Made by a program: the position numbers and the translations under genes. From positions 1 to 64,000 of IMG/VR virus record IMGVR_UViG_3300042453_005404: a DNA stretch of 64,000 nt. One strand, 5' to 3'. Below, one piece after another: positions 29,301 to 39,283 of the stretch (within the stretch, counting starts at the first letter, position 1; the number at the start of each line of letters is the position of its first letter). The notes under the pieces were generated by a model. It was given only the letters and a program-made list of their open reading frames with translations. It had not been told where the DNA came from and made no database searches.

Positions 29301-31860
29301 AGTCGAAGAAATTCTTATAAAACTAAACAATGTTATTAAAACAATGTCTGACGGTATTGTTTCTACTCTTGATAAACTGAATATTTCTGGAGATATTAAC
29401 GAAATACAAGCAAAAGCGACGCTTATCAGTGCGGTTTTAGGTGGAATGAGTGGAATAATCGCACCTTTGTCAAATTTCGCAACAACTTATGTCAAGAATA
29501 ATCTGCCAGAAGACAATATAATCAAGCAGTTTGGAAATTCTATCTCAAAGATTATTGGTACTCTTGGAAGTTCTATTGGCAACATAATCGACAAGTTAAG
29601 AAATATGTTGTATGTGGTAAAAGACGTAGATCTTATAAAAGGAGCTGGTGTAGCGATTAGTTCAATTTTGCAAGCCATTGCTGGTTTGGTTGGAGGAATA
29701 ATGCAACTTATTCCTTCTGGTGGGGGTACTAGTGGTGTTTTGGCTGGCATGGCTGCGGGAGCGGGTATTGGAATGTTGGCTGGTCCGGCAGGCGCTGCTG
29801 TGGGTGCAATAATTGGTGCTGCTGTTGGCTATGCGGCAGAGAGTGGGCAATATCAAGCTAAAATCAAAGCAATGCAAGATATAATTACCCTTGTAGCTAA
29901 CAGTATCAAGGATTTAGTTAAAGGTATTATAGATCCATTGCAAACGATTTTGACGCTGCCAAACATCAGTGAAAACGGTATTAGGGCTGCACAGGCGCTT
30001 GGACCTATTTTTACAGGTGTTGCATCTATATTGAGTGCTGTGATGAAATCTGCTGATGCCATAAAAGCATTTGAAGGTTTAAATCGCATGACGCCAGAAC
30101 AAGCACGAAATGTTATAACTGATTTTAAAACTTTGATTGAAAGTGTAGGAAACTCAATAAGAGAGTTGATAGACAGTCTTAAAACCTTTTTGACTGGATC
30201 TATTGTTGCAATTCCTACAAGCATATCAGACAATCAGCTAAAAGTTTATGACGAGCTCGGAAAAATCATGTCCAGCATTGGCACTATTATTGGTACTGTT
30301 TTATCGTCTGCATCCAATGTAATGCATGATGCTTTGCATACTCCATCTGGCCGTGTGAATGCTAGCGAGGTTGGAGACATACTTGCCGGTGTTTCAAGAC
30401 TTTTGATGGACACAATTGGCCAAATACCACAAGTGCTATCTGCAATGACAGAAAATTTGCCAAATCTTGTTAAGTCTATCAACAATGTTCCTACGATTCC
30501 TCGTGATTTTTTGACAAAAGTATATGCACTTAAAGTAACATTTGAAATGTTGAGTTCTATTACAGCATTTTTTTCAAATTTTATCGGTGTTGCTAGAGAA
30601 TTTGATAAAGGTGCAGAAACTTTAACAATTGAGCAGTCGATTTTGGGTGTTAAACTTCAAATATTACAATTGTTGCGATTTTTTTCTAACTCTGCCGGAA
30701 ACGGAGTTCCAGCTTTAATTCAAAGTCTTATAACCAAAATATCGGCTTTTGATTTTGGTGGAAGCGGTGGAACAAAAAACTATTTGTCAAAAGTTTCGGC
30801 AATAAAATCCACATTTGAAGCTCTTGGTAGCATTGTAAGCAGTATAAAAACAATGAATGATACGTTTCCCACTGGAGGAACGAATACGAATGTAACAACA
30901 AAAATAACACAATCTTTGCAAAATATATCCAGCGTACTGGGAGCAATAACCAGCACAACTATTGAAGGACAAGGCGAAGGAGATTTAAACTTTAATTTAA
31001 ATCCTTTGTACGATATTGATCTTCATGAACGAATTAAAACGCTGAACTCACTTTTGAAAAAAAGCAACTTGGCTAATAACATATCTAGTTTGTCATCCAA
31101 ATATAACACAATATATCAAAAAATTAGCGAGTTTAATGGTCCAGAAGCCGACATATCTTCTAGCTTGAGAACGAGATTGTCGAATGCACTTTCTGCAATC
31201 AACACAGTGGCTACAAAGATTGTTGAAAACATAGAAACAAATCCATTCAATAACATCTCCAGCCCAAACAACAGCTTGCAGAAGCTTGCAGCTTTGGATA
31301 CAAGCTTGCGAAGCAGTAATATAACACGAAAAATACAAGGCTTGGCACAAACTATTGTACCCATGATGAGCAGTGTTGCTGCAATCGCAACAAATATATT
31401 AGACTCATCTAATGTTAATTCTAATGGTGTTCAAAATGCTTTGGACAATATATTTGGAATGGATGATGGATTAATCGCTCGTTTGGAAGGTTACTTTGGT
31501 GACGAGGAAACTGAAGGAACGCCTGCCAGAAGAATTGAAAACATAACCTCTAAAATCAAAGGTAGACTAACTACAAACATTCAAGAAATGATTAGGGCCT
31601 ATAATTCGTTTAGTGCAGATTTGGCTAGGTTTAACTCTGACATTAACGTTCAGTTGCGGCAAGCAGAACGTGGCTTGGGAGGAAGACAGACTTTAGCAGT
31701 TAGAAACGCAGCAGTTAACGCACAAATCAACGTACAGGTGTCGATTGATGCACAGCAAATTGTGGCTGCGATGAAAACACATTCCAATAGAACAACCGAA
31801 GCAGAAAACGACAGATTTAAAACTTCCGCATTCACCACTGCAAGAATTCCAACAGGCTAA
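26335..31860 (+). CDS. Tape-measure-like protein
   Basis: 1841 aa, almost entirely helical and Ala/Gly/Ile-rich, with central hydrophobic segments. It lies between the chaperone-like and baseplate genes and has a GGAG SD. Confidence 0.8.
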   Translation: MATADNLKIAQQLLATMQQITAQVERQTEAYHAQAQLVDALCKAQECFGKIDAAKVKEVTDALKEAQEKTKEFGNELSNVSEKEVSKLGGALNELAEHMKSVNVPKEFINGFKDGITYSTNLFKNILSLGGSALGLLKDIGQNFLSFPGKIIEFFQNAAQGGVDPYRVALEELRGEFGDLKVGTSAAVKGMTENTKKLGESGLRLSRVFGYGREGLANMLKENMEMFKQMGPLANRLAASLRGAEGEFTLLRKATGLTGEAMKAFQLRAEETGMSGARATREMTLALAQGQKAFGISVKEFGKDIEVMLKDTITFGIKAPAEMVKISAYVKKLGISMETLKKVTDKAFNFEDAAQQAAKLSEAFGIALDPLKQMEADPVKKMDNLRQAFFKTGQRYESMTAQARKYLAEQAGISDEEARIAFSQKNRAMTGAQVEAQMKKQQKAQMSQAEAMKLLAESVQRLVRSGEPLKGSFIDIFVKGFERGVKRSREFREVVRKLQQSLRVVYWAGRDVGRMFIKEFPGIKTMLKSLSDMFNPRRFRELMKQVKEEFSKFFKALQTDPKAGVQEFMKNMKKIFFDFFTKGAPAGSRFLDGLKAFYKTVGAIFIEGARYALTALKDLLKIIVDFVKNPASLSSPASDALGEGIAGMVKQAFDYAVRELGPVLQEVGALFVDLFTTLYKKYIEPHLQDIFLGTLAFFLGPAIVGGIVRAGLGLLVQGLGSLLAGTSGIVNNIASGVTQTTKVTGPGGAVTETTISRQADTMDGIGRGMAKLAGTIAALAVGVAVAVFAIITLAKIYETSGIKLESFIAVGAMFGGIALITGILVQTRLFDLLGAIKPNPVAWAALGAIALLIGGMELAVLGIIGIAGLARNIPSETIEAVASLMVQMVGIFYAAAGLLAVATGIGAVIGVSLGTAAIAAVEGMAAISLAVIAIAETATVIISKFRNFNQPQVTMTATIMEKFIGFYNSVGETLKALLAYQSTAGQTSKVEEILIKLNNVIKTMSDGIVSTLDKLNISGDINEIQAKATLISAVLGGMSGIIAPLSNFATTYVKNNLPEDNIIKQFGNSISKIIGTLGSSIGNIIDKLRNMLYVVKDVDLIKGAGVAISSILQAIAGLVGGIMQLIPSGGGTSGVLAGMAAGAGIGMLAGPAGAAVGAIIGAAVGYAAESGQYQAKIKAMQDIITLVANSIKDLVKGIIDPLQTILTLPNISENGIRAAQALGPIFTGVASILSAVMKSADAIKAFEGLNRMTPEQARNVITDFKTLIESVGNSIRELIDSLKTFLTGSIVAIPTSISDNQLKVYDELGKIMSSIGTIIGTVLSSASNVMHDALHTPSGRVNASEVGDILAGVSRLLMDTIGQIPQVLSAMTENLPNLVKSINNVPTIPRDFLTKVYALKVTFEMLSSITAFFSNFIGVAREFDKGAETLTIEQSILGVKLQILQLLRFFSNSAGNGVPALIQSLITKISAFDFGGSGGTKNYLSKVSAIKSTFEALGSIVSSIKTMNDTFPTGGTNTNVTTKITQSLQNISSVLGAITSTTIEGQGEGDLNFNLNPLYDIDLHERIKTLNSLLKKSNLANNISSLSSKYNTIYQKISEFNGPEADISSSLRTRLSNALSAINTVATKIVENIETNPFNNISSPNNSLQKLAALDTSLRSSNITRKIQGLAQTIVPMMSSVAAIATNILDSSNVNSNGVQNALDNIFGMDDGLIARLEGYFGDEETEGTPARRIENITSKIKGRLTTNIQEMIRAYNSFSADLARFNSDINVQLRQAERGLGGRQTLAVRNAAVNAQINVQVSIDAQQIVAAMKTHSNRTTEAENDRFKTSAFTTARIPTG

Positions 31861-31872
31861 AAAGGTACAAAA

Positions 31873-32070
31873 ATGTTATCAAACAAAGATCTTCGTGAAC
31901 AAGTTTTTTCAAATCAAATAATCAAAAGTCTTTTAGAACAAATCGAAGACAAAAACGAAAGAGAAAAAACCGTTATAGCAATTAATGGAATGCTTGATCA
32001 GCTTCAAGGTAAATTCAATGGTCTTTCGCAAGCATACGAAGAAATATCTAAAAAACAAGGTTCTAAATAG
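31873..32070 (+). CDS. Hypothetical protein
   Basis: 65-aa ORF between the tape-measure-like and baseplate genes. Confidence 0.6.
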   Translation: MLSNKDLREQVFSNQIIKSLLEQIEDKNEREKTVIAINGMLDQLQGKFNGLSQAYEEISKKQGSK

Positions 32071-32089
32071 TTATCCATCAAGGTAACTC

Positions 32090-35000
32090 ATGCCGCCTAT
32101 TGTTCCACCACCATCAGAGTTGTTGTCTGCTCCTGCACCCGAACAATCAACAACAAACATAATACAACGTCCCGGTCCTCAAACAAATGCAGAACAAGCA
32201 CCGCTTGCTCCATCTCCAATACCATCACTTTCTCGTCGCTTAACGATCTACTATCAAAACAAAGGCGATGCTCCTGTTGTTCCAACAATAGATAACGAAA
32301 TCGATATAGCTCAACCAGTTCTTAATCAATTTGCAGAATATGTTGTTAATCGTTCTCAAGTTAACGACGTTCCGATCAACGCAACTCAACCAAATTATAT
32401 CGATAAAATTGCGAATGCCAAAGTAGAATTTAACAGTGTTCCAACTCCCTCATATACCAATGATCCAATAATCAGCACACCTGATATGTTGGGCGTACAC
32501 TATAAAGCAAACAACGGAACCGGTTTGCGCAATTTTTCAATAAACGTATACCAAAAAGATATCAATCAAGAAAATGCAAAACTTCACGAAGCAAACATTA
32601 ACAGAATTTTGTTGAGCACTAGAGGTCACAACTCTGAGCCAAACAACCAATTTGTTACCCCAGATGTAACTCAAAACAAAAACGACAACAGAATAACTCT
32701 TGGTTCTTACTTTTACAAGAACGCTAGCAATTTGAGCAATGGAGTTAACTACGTATCGGGAAGTTACGTTCGCAGCCAACCAAATACAGCAACGTCAGCA
32801 CCTCCAATGACAATCGAACAAATGAAAAACATTGGTTTAAACATTATGTTTGAAGCTGTACAAGGTCGTGCTGGCTTGGATTTTGCTATACGTTCCAACG
32901 ATGCTGGTGATATCGCTGAAGCCGAAGCTAGAATGGTATTGCCTTCCGAACAAAGAATAGGAAAGCGTGTAAGCCTTGGTAGATTCACTCCAGCATTTCA
33001 AATCAAAAAGCTTACTGGGGCAGAAAAACCAAACAACTCAAACTTTATCGACAACACCGATGACGTACAATCATATGGTAGCCAATACAACGTATATTCT
33101 CAGTTTGATAGCCTTATATCTTTAGGCCAAATTGCTTTGTGTGTTGCAATGATCTTGGCTTATGTTTTGTTGCTAAACACAATTGTTGCTTTTATACATA
33201 TTCGTGACACCAGAGAAGGCGTTAACTTAGCTGATCTAAATGGCAACCAACGAAGAAGATTGCTTGGCTCTTCTATCTTACAAAAAAATTCTGGAGTATA
33301 TCCTTCAAGCCAAACATCTGGAACAGATTTCTTAACACAAACCTCTGGTTTTACTGAGTTGGTTGGCACCAATGGTCTTTTACCTTACACAAGATATGGA
33401 CATGAATACAGCTTGAACGCTGGCATTCAAGAATTCTTTGGGTTTAGTTTTCTTGGTGGAAGTCTTGAAACTGGCATAACAGGCATACAACAACTTGCAA
33501 ACTCTTCTTTAAAAGTTTTAACCGAAAATGGTAGGTTAAATGTTATCTTACGTGAGATTTTAAGAAGTGGAATTAGTTTGGTCGAAGATTCATCTGTAGA
33601 TTTTACAGGAGCAGCTTCGATTGCTGGAATTGGAAACTTACTTAAAAAGATAAGCACATTGAAAATTATTCGCTTTATAGGTGTTTTAATGTCTATGGGC
33701 GATAGAGTTAGATTCGAAACAGAAATAAGAAGGGCAGCGTCGCTAGAAAGAGGAGTTGCCAGCGCAGAAGCAAATTCTAGAGATGATCCAAATTTTACAC
33801 CAGATGATTCTACGAGTTTTGGCGCAAATGTGTCCTATATCGATAATTTAAATGGTGTTTTGCGTTCAAACTTTATTTCAAAATCTAGAATCAGTGTCAA
33901 CAATACAGGAATAATATGGAGTAACACTTCTGCGGGAATGGCTAAGTTGCCATTATATCAAAACAATAACAAATCTTCATTTGCTGGAGCTGCTGGAATA
34001 AATTCAGAATTTGGTTCCAGATGGAGTGATATCGATTTGCCTGTAAACCAACCAAGTTTTTCGGAAAGTAACATATTTGGAGCTCCAACCATCAGCGATG
34101 AAGAAGTTAATAACGGCAGAATTAGCCCCGACCATGTAAGAGAAATCGAAAAAAGTTTAGAAGCCGATTTCATGCCGTTTTATATTCACGACTTGAGAAC
34201 AAATGAAATACTTTCGTTTCATGCGTTTTTAGAAGATGCCAACGAAGACTTCAACGTTGAATATACCGCTCAAGACGGCTATGGTCGTATGGACAAAGTT
34301 CAAATTTATAAAGGAACAACAAGAAACGTTTCTGTGAACTTTAAAATGGTTGCAATGAATCCACAAGATCATGACATGATGTGGTATAAAATTAACTCTC
34401 TTGCAATGATGATATATCCACAATGGACTCAAGGTAGAAAAGTATCTATAGGTCAAACTTATAATTTCATTCAAGCTTTTTCGCAAATTCCCGGCGCAAC
34501 TCCTGTAATACGTTTGCGCCTTGGAGATCTTTATAAATCCAATTACAGCAAAATGGCTGTAGCGAGATTGTTTGGAATCAACACATTAGAAGATTATAGC
34601 GTTGGTAATGTAACAGATCGCTCGTCAGCACAGACTTTGCAAGAAAATCAACCTGCCACTACAGATATCGGAAGACGACGAGCAGCGTTGACAAGCTCAG
34701 AAGCTATTAATAAAAATAATGTAGACAACATATTTGCTCTTTTTGATGATTTGGTTCTTGTAAACCTTCCTACAGGCACGGTTGAAAGCAGTCCTCCATC
34801 ACGCCGAGGAAGAGGAAGAGGAAGAAATACACAAAATAACCAAAACATAAGATATGCTGCAAAGTTTGTTCAACAACAAGAAGTACTGCTATCGAATGAC
34901 GGTACTTCACTAGAAGGCATAACTGTTAACGTCGTTCAATCTTTTATCGTTTCAGATGTCAATGACCTTTCAAGTACAACATCCGTCACAGGAATAAACA

Positions 35001-35551
35001 ATGACAATGTTTTTCTTCCTTATACGTTTTTAAACTCAAACTTAGACAAGCCTAGAACTTTGGCCAAATTCGATGCAAGAATTACAGCAGAAACAGCAGC
35101 GAGAAATGCAAGGAATCAAGAACGAGCCTTACTCGACCCAGTAAAGTTTTATAATCGAGATTTGAATCCTGTGATGAAAGCTTTTCATTCTTCTGGTGGT
35201 AAGGGTCTTGCTGGTGTTATAACAAATTTTAAAGTGGATTATGGAGAAGCGAAAGGAAATTGGGGTATTGACAGCAGCAACTCGTTGCGAGCACCTATGT
35301 TTGTTACAATCAATTTAACAATGGCTGTGATTCATGATATTACACCCGGCCTAGATGCCAAGGGTGTTATGATGGCTCCAATTTGGCCTGTTGGCAACAT
35401 GTCGAACTACTTCATGAAAGATTCGCCTAATCGAAATCAGGAAGGAAGGGTGGTGCCTTCAATAGCAGTAGATTCTGGTGAAGGTTTAACTGACAACAAC
35501 TACTTTGATGTTAAAAACAAGGTAATGTACTATAAACGTACAAACAGATAA
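32090..35551 (+). CDS. Large baseplate / tail-tube-initiator-like structural protein
   Basis: PFYIHDLRTNEILSFHAFL...YGRMDKVQIYKGTTRNVSVNF...PVIRLRLGDLY resembles contractile-tail tube-initiator domains. Confidence 0.6.
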   Translation: MPPIVPPPSELLSAPAPEQSTTNIIQRPGPQTNAEQAPLAPSPIPSLSRRLTIYYQNKGDAPVVPTIDNEIDIAQPVLNQFAEYVVNRSQVNDVPINATQPNYIDKIANAKVEFNSVPTPSYTNDPIISTPDMLGVHYKANNGTGLRNFSINVYQKDINQENAKLHEANINRILLSTRGHNSEPNNQFVTPDVTQNKNDNRITLGSYFYKNASNLSNGVNYVSGSYVRSQPNTATSAPPMTIEQMKNIGLNIMFEAVQGRAGLDFAIRSNDAGDIAEAEARMVLPSEQRIGKRVSLGRFTPAFQIKKLTGAEKPNNSNFIDNTDDVQSYGSQYNVYSQFDSLISLGQIALCVAMILAYVLLLNTIVAFIHIRDTREGVNLADLNGNQRRRLLGSSILQKNSGVYPSSQTSGTDFLTQTSGFTELVGTNGLLPYTRYGHEYSLNAGIQEFFGFSFLGGSLETGITGIQQLANSSLKVLTENGRLNVILREILRSGISLVEDSSVDFTGAASIAGIGNLLKKISTLKIIRFIGVLMSMGDRVRFETEIRRAASLERGVASAEANSRDDPNFTPDDSTSFGANVSYIDNLNGVLRSNFISKSRISVNNTGIIWSNTSAGMAKLPLYQNNNKSSFAGAAGINSEFGSRWSDIDLPVNQPSFSESNIFGAPTISDEEVNNGRISPDHVREIEKSLEADFMPFYIHDLRTNEILSFHAFLEDANEDFNVEYTAQDGYGRMDKVQIYKGTTRNVSVNFKMVAMNPQDHDMMWYKINSLAMMIYPQWTQGRKVSIGQTYNFIQAFSQIPGATPVIRLRLGDLYKSNYSKMAVARLFGINTLEDYSVGNVTDRSSAQTLQENQPATTDIGRRRAALTSSEAINKNNVDNIFALFDDLVLVNLPTGTVESSPPSRRGRGRGRNTQNNQNIRYAAKFVQQQEVLLSNDGTSLEGITVNVVQSFIVSDVNDLSSTTSVTGINNDNVFLPYTFLNSNLDKPRTLAKFDARITAETAARNARNQERALLDPVKFYNRDLNPVMKAFHSSGGKGLAGVITNFKVDYGEAKGNWGIDSSNSLRAPMFVTINLTMAVIHDITPGLDAKGVMMAPIWPVGNMSNYFMKDSPNRNQEGRVVPSIAVDSGEGLTDNNYFDVKNKVMYYKRTNR

Positions 35552-35561
35552 GAGATTTATC

Positions 35562-35855
35562 ATGGCAACAAGCAGATACGTTTTAACACCAAAACTAAAC
35601 TTTAACTTTCAGTATGGCACAAGCGAAACAGTTGCTAACATTCGTTCAGCTATAGCGAACGGTCAAATTGCGGTCAACGTGATATTTTTGAAAGAGGTTA
35701 TACGTCTTGATGTATTGGCCGGTCAATATTACGGTGATGGCAAATACTATTGGCTTATTGCAGCCGCAAGTAACATTGGCTGGAGTTTACAAATTCCTCC
35801 CAACACAAGAATCGTGATTCCAGACCTACAGCAAGCACTTCAGTTCTTAGGTTGA
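35562..35855 (+). CDS. LysM/gpX-like baseplate wedge protein
   Basis: RLDVLAGQYYGDGKYYWLIAAASNI...IPPNTRIVIP. Confidence 0.8.
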   Translation: MATSRYVLTPKLNFNFQYGTSETVANIRSAIANGQIAVNVIFLKEVIRLDVLAGQYYGDGKYYWLIAAASNIGWSLQIPPNTRIVIPDLQQALQFLG

Positions 35856-35898
35856 GAAAAACCTGCCCTCTGCACTTATAATTTCTGGGATAAACAAC

Positions 35899-38800
35899 AT
35901 GCTATACCTTGATACAGAAAACTTGGTTCTTAATCCGGCTGCTCTTCGTGCGCAAAAGAATGCTAGACTAAATCAGTTGAAAGCAACGTTTCGAAATTAC
36001 TATGGCTTTATCACCAACACAGACATTGCAACAGCTCTTTCTTTGCAGCAAGTAATAGGCCGTGCTGATTTAAATCGCCCGCCCCTTGATACAGCACGAG
36101 GCGGTCGCCGTTCGACTGACAGTGGTGATATACGAGCAGCAATAGAAGATTTAAATGTAAGAGCCGACCCCGAACTAGTTCCTGTATTCGAATTACTGAT
36201 GGAAAGCGACAACGGCGCTGCTAAAACAATATTAACAGCCGATCCCGAAGCAATAAGAAATAAACTAACGGATTTGGTAACAAACGCTTCAGAACAAAAA
36301 ATCGATGCTGTTCGCCGTTGTGTTAAAATTCATTATTGTGATGGGTCACGTTCACCAACTTTAGAAAATTTAGGTATTTGCTTTGCTGATTTAAATAATG
36401 CTGTTCCTAATCTTCAAGAAGATAATACATTAAAAGAGCGCATTGCCGTTGTATGCATGGATCATCCACTGCTAATGCCGGGAGAAAAAAATGCTGAACT
36501 GTTGTCTGTGTTTTTCAATGGCATTCCAACTTTAGAGTTAACGAGAGCAACACCTGTTTTGAACATTAAGTTTTTCTCTACAAGACCAACCGTTCAAAAC
36601 AACAAGCTTAGTGCTATCACGTTACAAAAGTTTGTTGAAGGTGCAAGAGATATAGGAGAACAAACACCAAGCAATGCCGCACTAAATGCTTTTGCAAAAT
36701 CAAATCAAATAGCAACTGGTTCTGTTAACGGAACCAGAAGATCAATTGTAAACTTTGACACTTATACCGTTACAGGACTTGAGTTGTTTCGAATGCCTCA
36801 ATCAATGCAAAACATTGAAGGTTACAAACAAATCGACAATTACTTGTCACCAATTATCGATCCTTTTCGACCGTTAGCTTCGATTAAATCATTTAGCATC
36901 GATGTTAAAAGTGCTTACGGTTTACAAGGAACACGAACAGCAACATTAGAAATGGTTCTGCATGATCGCTCACGTATGTCAGAGTTTGCTGACTTTGTTA
37001 AACCAGATAGATTTGGTGAAACGTTTCTCGAAGTAGAATACGGATGGCTGCATCCAGATCTTGAAAGAGAACAAAACTTTTATGCTGATCTTTTAAATCT
37101 AACACGTTCTGTTGAGCACTTCACTATCGTCACAAGCAACTTTAATTTTGATGATGTTGGTCAAGTAAACATTACTTTAAACTTGATTGGTAGAGGCACC
37201 GCTGAAAGCACTGAACTTTCAATTGTTGGAGAAACCGCCGCCGGTCGCATTCAAACTCAAATAAGACAGATTGAAGAGTTATCTGCAACAATTAACAGAT
37301 TGGGTGGCGTGGTGTTTCCAAATCGAGAAACAAACTCTGAAAGCCGCTCGCATAGAAGAGAAGTGCGGGGTATTCAAGGTTTAAGTGCTGCCGGGGATGC
37401 TACCAGCAATTTGATAATGACAAAAGAAATTTTGAAAGAGCTAAGAAGATTAAACGACAGATTGAATGAAAGAAGGCAAAATCCTGCTTTAAGACCAGCA
37501 GCAGATCAACTTCAGAAAGAAATCCAAAGGCTTGTGGGTGATCCCAACAGAAGGGATAGAGATAGAACTCCCGGTGCAAGCAGTCTCTTAGGCAGTGTAT
37601 CACGTACACTTAATGTGGAAATACGAGATATTTTAAACAGCCTTAACAACGATCCCTCTCAAGATAAAACAAACAAAGAGCAATGCTATAACGATTCATT
37701 TTTAAAACAAATGAATCGACGAATTTGGGATACGATAAAAAACGATTTGGCTACGCACCCGCCGGTACCTACTAGAAATGAAGCAGCTTCAAGCGCAGGA
37801 CTTCCATCGACCGACAACGCCGCCTCCAGAGCTACACCTCCCGGTGCGGTGCCAATACCACCATTTAACGGGGCCAAAGTTATTTCTCTTGGAACATTGT
37901 TAACAGCTTTTGTTGCTAAACCTTTGGCTGCTTTAAAAACCGGTGACAATCCAAAATTCAAAGAAGTACAAATGTACTTTTACAACTTTAATAATAAAGC
38001 AAGTTGGATGAGTCATTGCAACATTTCGCAGTTTCCTGTACAAACGGATTATTTCACCCGTGAATATGGAAGAATGCGTATGGAAAACGTAAGCAGAACA
38101 GTGAACCTAAGCGTAAATGAATTTTTAAATTTTATAGCTTCAAGAATTGTGGACGACGTAATGAATCCAGCTTACGGAATATCAAGTCTTTACAAATACA
38201 ACGACGATCAGCAAGTTGAAGCAAGAAACGAACGAAACTTTGATAGGAGGATGGAAGAAATAATGAAGGGGGCCAACATTGGCAAGCATCCTGATTTTGT
38301 TCCTCCTCAAGTTACATTTGAAATCGAAGCATTACCAGCAACAGTTACCGACAATTTAACCGATAACAGTCAAACCGTTCTCAAAATACATGTTTTTGAT
38401 AAAGCATGTTCACCAAACAATCCATATCGTGAGTTGCTAAATCTTGCAACAGAAAACGTTCTTGGTACTTTGAGTGCCTATCCCGGCGATCCTGCGCAAA
38501 GAACAGCAAATGAAGATTTAGCGGTTCAAAACGCAAATGCACGCACTGAAGAGCAAAGAACAAATGTACGAAATGATTTGCGACAAAACTGGCGGCAGCT
38601 ACATAATGCCGTGGTAGCAGACGTGCGTCGTCTTGGTTTGATTGCTCCTATAAACTCGGAAGAAGGACAACAATCTGATCTCTTAGGTCAATATAGGTTC
38701 TCTGGTGGTCCACAAAAACTCAAAGAATATATTATGAAAGGTATGCCTCATATCATCTATGGAGCCATGGCCACAACAATAAAAACAGCAACTCTTGGTT

Positions 38801-39249
38801 CTCAAAGTGATCCTGCATTAAACACAATCAACATTCAACGCTCGCTTAATGCTTCTCCAATCCAACCAAACGGTCAACAAGCAGGTGGTGTTCCGTTAAG
38901 CGTTTATCCTGTTGAGCTAAACATGACAAGTTTAGGTTGTCCAATCCTACGATACGGTCAAGAAATATTTGTGGACTATAACACCAACACTTCTATTGAC
39001 AACATTTATTACATCACTGGCTTGCAACATAAAATCGAAGCAGGAAACTTTGAAACAACCATTAAGTTCACAGCAGTTGACGCATTTGGTCGTTACAGAA
39101 ACCTTATAAGCCAACTCAACACAGCAGCTCAAACAATCGCAGCTATCCCTGAAGGTCAACCACAGCCACCAGCAACTCCTACACCTCATCGTTCTCAACA
39201 TTCTCATCGTCCTCATCGTTCACAACGGGGACCAGCACCAACACGATAA
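35899..39249 (+). CDS. Baseplate hub-like (gp27/gpD-type) large structural protein
   Basis: C-terminal LGCPILRYGQEIFVDY...IDNIYYITGLQHKIEAGNFETTIKF; module position. Confidence 0.6.
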   Translation: MLYLDTENLVLNPAALRAQKNARLNQLKATFRNYYGFITNTDIATALSLQQVIGRADLNRPPLDTARGGRRSTDSGDIRAAIEDLNVRADPELVPVFELLMESDNGAAKTILTADPEAIRNKLTDLVTNASEQKIDAVRRCVKIHYCDGSRSPTLENLGICFADLNNAVPNLQEDNTLKERIAVVCMDHPLLMPGEKNAELLSVFFNGIPTLELTRATPVLNIKFFSTRPTVQNNKLSAITLQKFVEGARDIGEQTPSNAALNAFAKSNQIATGSVNGTRRSIVNFDTYTVTGLELFRMPQSMQNIEGYKQIDNYLSPIIDPFRPLASIKSFSIDVKSAYGLQGTRTATLEMVLHDRSRMSEFADFVKPDRFGETFLEVEYGWLHPDLEREQNFYADLLNLTRSVEHFTIVTSNFNFDDVGQVNITLNLIGRGTAESTELSIVGETAAGRIQTQIRQIEELSATINRLGGVVFPNRETNSESRSHRREVRGIQGLSAAGDATSNLIMTKEILKELRRLNDRLNERRQNPALRPAADQLQKEIQRLVGDPNRRDRDRTPGASSLLGSVSRTLNVEIRDILNSLNNDPSQDKTNKEQCYNDSFLKQMNRRIWDTIKNDLATHPPVPTRNEAASSAGLPSTDNAASRATPPGAVPIPPFNGAKVISLGTLLTAFVAKPLAALKTGDNPKFKEVQMYFYNFNNKASWMSHCNISQFPVQTDYFTREYGRMRMENVSRTVNLSVNEFLNFIASRIVDDVMNPAYGISSLYKYNDDQQVEARNERNFDRRMEEIMKGANIGKHPDFVPPQVTFEIEALPATVTDNLTDNSQTVLKIHVFDKACSPNNPYRELLNLATENVLGTLSAYPGDPAQRTANEDLAVQNANARTEEQRTNVRNDLRQNWRQLHNAVVADVRRLGLIAPINSEEGQQSDLLGQYRFSGGPQKLKEYIMKGMPHIIYGAMATTIKTATLGSQSDPALNTINIQRSLNASPIQPNGQQAGGVPLSVYPVELNMTSLGCPILRYGQEIFVDYNTNTSIDNIYYITGLQHKIEAGNFETTIKFTAVDAFGRYRNLISQLNTAAQTIAAIPEGQPQPPATPTPHRSQHSHRPHRSQRGPAPTR

Positions 39250-39283
39250 AATCTATATAATCTATCAAATCATATGGTAACAT

